A stretch of 32,000 nucleotides of DNA, taken from Psychrobacter cryohalolentis K5 (lineage in GTDB: Bacteria > Pseudomonadota > Gammaproteobacteria > Pseudomonadales > Moraxellaceae). The position numbers and the translations under genes are program-made. The stretch lies in the NCBI RefSeq assembly GCF_000013905.1, contig NC_007969.1, forward strand, positions 2,100,001 to 2,132,000, given 5' to 3'. The notes beneath the pieces were generated by a model. That model saw only the letters and a list, made by a program, of their open reading frames with translations. It made no database searches and was not told where the DNA came from. Positions 28,661 through 32,000 of the stretch are shown piece by piece (positions within the stretch are counted from its first letter, which is position 1; the number at the start of each line of letters is the position of its first letter).

Positions 28661-29635
28661 ATGCCTCAATCTACTAAGCCCGTTATGAATTATGCTCTGC
28701 CAGACCATTTATTAGATTTACTCGGACAGTATCTGCAAGAGCAGATCACGCCAACCATTGAGATTGATCCTGCGCAGTTGGCTTATCGCTGGATCGGTGG
28801 GCAGACTGGACATTTAGAGCCGCTGGCGGTTAATTTGTTTTTAAATTTAGACGACCTACATGGTATCGACACGCAAAAATCAAAACTGGTACAGAACACG
28901 CGTCAATTCCTGAAGGGCTATCCTGCCAATCACGTTTTGATGACAGGGACACGCGGCGCTGGTAAATCATCGCTGATTAGAGCATTGCTACAAGCCTATC
29001 ATAATGAAGGTCTGCGCATTATTGAAATTGCCCGAGACGACTTACGGATGCTTGATAAAATACGGGCAGCGATTAAAGCCTTACCAGCTGACTGCAAATG
29101 TCGCTATGTGGTGTACTGTGATGACTTGGCATTTAATGGTCAAGATGAAAGCTACCGCACCTTAAAAAGTGTGCTTGATGGTTCTCTAGATTCAGAGCAA
29201 GACAAATTATTGGTTTATGCAACCAGTAACCGCCGCCATCTACTACCGCAGCTCATGAAAGACAATGTTAATATTTATAATGGTCAAACCGATGAGGTTA
29301 ATCCTTATGAGACCATTGATGAGACGGTGTCTTTATCTGACCGTTTTGGTTTATGGCTGTCCTTTCATCCAATGGATCAAAATACTTATTTACATATCGT
29401 GCGACATTATTTATCTATTCAACAAAAAGTCGATGCTGGAAGTAGTCATGATGACATGCACGGTGATGCAGCAAATAAAGGTGCAGATAGCATTGATGAG
29501 TTACCCACCCATATCAGATCAGCCGCATTACGCTGGGCATCAGAACGCGGTGGACGCTCTGGTCGAGTGGCGTATCAGTTCAGTCGTTATTGGATAGGAC
29601 AGACCCAATTGGCAGCTGAAGACAGTCAGTCTTAA
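28661..29635 (+). CDS. DUF815-family P-loop ATPase (uncharacterised AAA-like)
   Basis: Walker A GTRGAGKSS and Walker B VVYCDDLAF. The family-typical blocks YATSNRRHLLP and SLSDRFGLWLSFHP match my recollection of Pfam DUF815 (PF05673). Confidence 0.8.
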   Translation: MPQSTKPVMNYALPDHLLDLLGQYLQEQITPTIEIDPAQLAYRWIGGQTGHLEPLAVNLFLNLDDLHGIDTQKSKLVQNTRQFLKGYPANHVLMTGTRGAGKSSLIRALLQAYHNEGLRIIEIARDDLRMLDKIRAAIKALPADCKCRYVVYCDDLAFNGQDESYRTLKSVLDGSLDSEQDKLLVYATSNRRHLLPQLMKDNVNIYNGQTDEVNPYETIDETVSLSDRFGLWLSFHPMDQNTYLHIVRHYLSIQQKVDAGSSHDDMHGDAANKGADSIDELPTHIRSAALRWASERGGRSGRVAYQFSRYWIGQTQLAAEDSQS

Positions 29636-29644
29636 AAACTCATA

Positions 29645-30766
29645 TCATGTATTTTTATGGTCGCGTGCAGAGCCTAAATACTGTACGCGACTGCCTATAT
29701 CATCACCCACTTCTTCCGCTGTTCCATTCACCAGATATTGGTCAAAATCTGCTGCCAGCCATAGATTACCTTGGTAAACACTTTCGGTATCCAATCGAAT
29801 ATGCGCCATATTTGGCGTGCTGCTATTTGGATTGTCAAAGCTCTGATAACGGGCGCTAAAATGGGTGAGAACTAGGTTTTTAAGCCCATTGTCTTGGGCA
29901 AATCGACCCAATAACTGCGCGCTACTATGCATTGGATCAAAATCTGGATTTTTTGCCTGAATCTTATTCAATAACTCATGAGTATATGTAGCTTCATGAA
30001 CGAGTAAATCCGCATCAGCTATAGCATTGTTAAGACACTCTGGCGTATCGTTATCTCCAGCCACCACTACCCTTGTACGCTGACTCTCATTATCGACATA
30101 ACCTGTTGAACGAAGCTTGCGACCGTCTTCGGTCATAACATCTTCGCCCTGTTGCAGTCTGCCCCACAGCGCGTTGGCTGGAATATTATCTGCTATCAGC
30201 TTGTCCTTATCAAGATGGCGATGACTGATCGTCTGGCTGATACCAAAGCCATAAGAGGGAACGCGATGCGATAACGGCGTGATATCAATTTCAAGCTGAT
30301 GTTGATTGTCTAAGCTGATAGTTACCTGAGCTTTATTTTTACTATCTTGCTCAGATAGCAAATCTTCTATCGCCATAAAGTTAATAGCAAATGGAAAGTG
30401 CAATTTGGTAGTCAAAATAAGAGCATCAAGCAGTGTGGCAATCGCTTTTGGCGCAAGCAGTATCAGCGGCGCAGTACGTCCTGACATTGCCGCACTCGCT
30501 AACAACCCCGGCAAACCATAGCAATGGTCGCCATGCACATGAGTAATGCAAATCGCTTGTAACTGATGTAAAGATAACTTGGTATGTAAGAGCTGATGCT
30601 GCGTACCTTCACCGCAATCAATCAATAACCACGGCCGTGATTTCTTGTTTTGCTGTTGATTTGTCCCTGAGCTATAAGGGTTGATGCACTCGATGGCAAG
30701 CGCCGTTACATTACGTTGCTTGGTTGGCACACCTGCTGAGGTACCCAAAAAAGTGAGTTTTAGCAT
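29645..30766 (-). CDS. rnz: Ribonuclease Z / RNase BN (metallo-beta-lactamase fold)
   Basis: LKLTFLGTSAGVPTKQRNVTALAI, DCGEGTQHQLL, HVHGDHCYGLPGLLAS (HxHxDH), HEAT and LTHFSARY are collinear with E. coli Rbn/ElaC. It is longer (373 aa) because of polar inserts and a C-terminal tail. Confidence 0.85.
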   Translation of the reverse strand: MLKLTFLGTSAGVPTKQRNVTALAIECINPYSSGTNQQQNKKSRPWLLIDCGEGTQHQLLHTKLSLHQLQAICITHVHGDHCYGLPGLLASAAMSGRTAPLILLAPKAIATLLDALILTTKLHFPFAINFMAIEDLLSEQDSKNKAQVTISLDNQHQLEIDITPLSHRVPSYGFGISQTISHRHLDKDKLIADNIPANALWGRLQQGEDVMTEDGRKLRSTGYVDNESQRTRVVVAGDNDTPECLNNAIADADLLVHEATYTHELLNKIQAKNPDFDPMHSSAQLLGRFAQDNGLKNLVLTHFSARYQSFDNPNSSTPNMAHIRLDTESVYQGNLWLAADFDQYLVNGTAEEVGDDIGSRVQYLGSARDHKNT

Positions 30767-30798
30767 CGCTTATCTCTGCTGATTATCATTACGAGCTG

Positions 30799-31059
30799 TT
30801 ATGGCAACTGACATATCATAGTTTTTTTGCCTTCAATCATCTGTCCGCCATTTGCCGTACATTCATTGACCATATTGGATTCATACGACTTCCAGCCACC
30901 ATAGAAGCTGGCAATGCATAGAATCACTACCAACAGTTTTTGTGACCATGCTTTAATGGAAACTTGCTGACTGTTCACATTATTAACAAACTCATTAAGT
31001 GGTTGTTCATTAGCACTGTTGGTATGGTCAGTATTATTCGACTTATTCAAATCTGTCAT
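30799..31059 (-). CDS. Small hypothetical single-pass membrane protein (86 aa)
   Basis: AGGA lies 6 nt upstream of the ATG at 31059. There is one hydrophobic helix (LLVVILCIASFYGGW). The C-terminal segment holds two Cys (CTANGGQMIEGKKTMIC). The stop lies 32 nt upstream of the rnz start. No homolog is recognised. Confidence 0.5.
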   Translation of the reverse strand: MTDLNKSNNTDHTNSANEQPLNEFVNNVNSQQVSIKAWSQKLLVVILCIASFYGGWKSYESNMVNECTANGGQMIEGKKTMICQLP

Positions 31060-31069
31060 TTTTCATCCT

Positions 31070-31106
31070 AAAAAAAGGGTTTGTCTATAAATAAACAAAG
31101 CCCTTT
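31070..31106 (-). terminator. Rho-independent terminator downstream of the GST gene
   Basis: On the minus strand: aaagggctttgt-ttatttataga-caaaccc followed by T7. The stem is about 8 bp with one bulged G. Confidence 0.75.
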
Positions 31107-31146
31107 ATTGTTATATTAAATCAATAATTAATAATAAGCGTCGCAC

Positions 31147-31815
31147 TTAAAACTGTAGACGACCGCCCTTTTCTTCTGCACGCTTAAAGGCATCACGTTC
31201 TTCACAACGCTTAAGCCAAGTTAAGACATTGGTATATTTACTACTGTCTAAACCTGCGCCTGCATTGGCACCGACCACAGCCAGATGCATCTGAATATCA
31301 GCGGCGCTAAATTCTGCTCCGGCAAACCAATGGTTGTCTTGTAAATGCTGCTCCATCATATCGAGTATGGCAGTCAAGCTTTTGCTTATCATGCTTTTTT
31401 CGACTTGCTTTTTGATGCTTTTACTCACAGTTTTGATCAGCATCGGCGACTGCTCAACCACTTTAGTAAATACCAAACGCATGACCAACGGCGGCATCAC
31501 TGATGCTTCGGCAAAGTGTAGCCAAAACGTATAGGCCTCCCACGCCGCTTCATTGTCATCAGCAGGCTTAAACTGCCTTTCTTTATCATAGTGCTTTAAT
31601 AGATACTCGATGATAAAGCCTGACTCAATCAGCACACGACCATCGACCTCTAGCATCGGTGCATGACCGAGCGGGTGTATTTGCTTTAAGCTGTCAGGGG
31701 CACGGTACGCTTTGTTACGCTGGTAGCAAGTCAGTTGGTAGTCGGCATTCAGCTCTTCTAATAGCCATAAGATACGAAATGAGCGTGAGTTTGCCAAGTG
31801 ATGAAGGTGTAGCAT
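31147..31815 (-). CDS. Glutathione S-transferase family protein
   Basis: 222 aa. The N-terminal thioredoxin-like domain carries the SRS.RILWLLEEL motif and PLGHAPMLEVDGRVLIESGFIIEYL (the GSH site region). A helical C-domain follows. Confidence 0.85.
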   Translation of the reverse strand: MLHLHHLANSRSFRILWLLEELNADYQLTCYQRNKAYRAPDSLKQIHPLGHAPMLEVDGRVLIESGFIIEYLLKHYDKERQFKPADDNEAAWEAYTFWLHFAEASVMPPLVMRLVFTKVVEQSPMLIKTVSKSIKKQVEKSMISKSLTAILDMMEQHLQDNHWFAGAEFSAADIQMHLAVVGANAGAGLDSSKYTNVLTWLKRCEERDAFKRAEEKGGRLQF

Positions 31816-32000
31816 AAACCATCCTTATAATAAGTTTTTAGTATTCAATAGCAGATTTTATAAGTCAACTCTTCAATATTCTGTTTAAATAAAGGAGTTT
31901 AATAAATCAAACAACCCGATTTAAGTCAATAATAATGCTTGATAATAACTCACTTATTGTTTTTATTATAGCTTTACTATGTAGCTTGACTTATCAAACC

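Noticed and set aside
27379-31059. Genomic island integrated at tRNA-Leu carrying the kinase, DUF815, rnz and the small protein
   Set aside because: There is no integrase or recombinase. Scanning by eye, I found no direct repeat of the tRNA 3' end downstream. There is no visible compositional break. rnz and the GST look like ordinary core genes. The tRNA adjacency alone is not evidence of mobility.

Overview
This window looks like a core chromosomal segment of an AT-rich gammaproteobacterium. The gene order pyrH-frr-uppS-cdsA-dxr-rseP-bamA-lpxD-fabZ-lpxA is the Pseudomonadales/Moraxellales type, and the many polar low-complexity inserts suggest a Psychrobacter/Moraxellaceae-like genome. That taxonomic call is inference only. 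Almost everything is recognisable housekeeping. From left to right: the 3' part of lptD and surA; a membrane-anchored EEP-family hydrolase; asd; a secreted SOUL-family protein; tgt; an NSS-family Na+ symporter. Next comes the envelope and isoprenoid cluster on the minus strand (lpxA, fabZ, lpxD, bamA, rseP, dxr, cdsA, uppS, frr, pyrH, rimO). After that: an ntrB/ntrC-like two-component pair; a stand-alone tRNA-Leu(UAG) with a near-consensus promoter; an orphan Hanks-type kinase-like gene divergent from a DUF815 P-loop ATPase; RNase Z; a small membrane protein; and a GST. I see no CRISPR array, IS element, integrase, prophage gene or obvious defence cassette. The best candidate for something uncharacterised is the kinase-like/DUF815 divergent pair next to the tRNA gene, because the kinase has a canonical C-lobe but no recognisable glycine loop or VAIK lysine. 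Other points worth a second look: skp and lpxB are missing from their conserved slots; a 59-bp perfect palindrome lies between lpxA and the transporter; an orphan terminator and a structured region in the surA-EEP spacer could mark an sRNA; and long Q/N/S/T/K/P-rich insertions occur in RimO, NtrB, NtrC and RNase Z. All calls come from reading the translations and sequence by eye. No database search was run.
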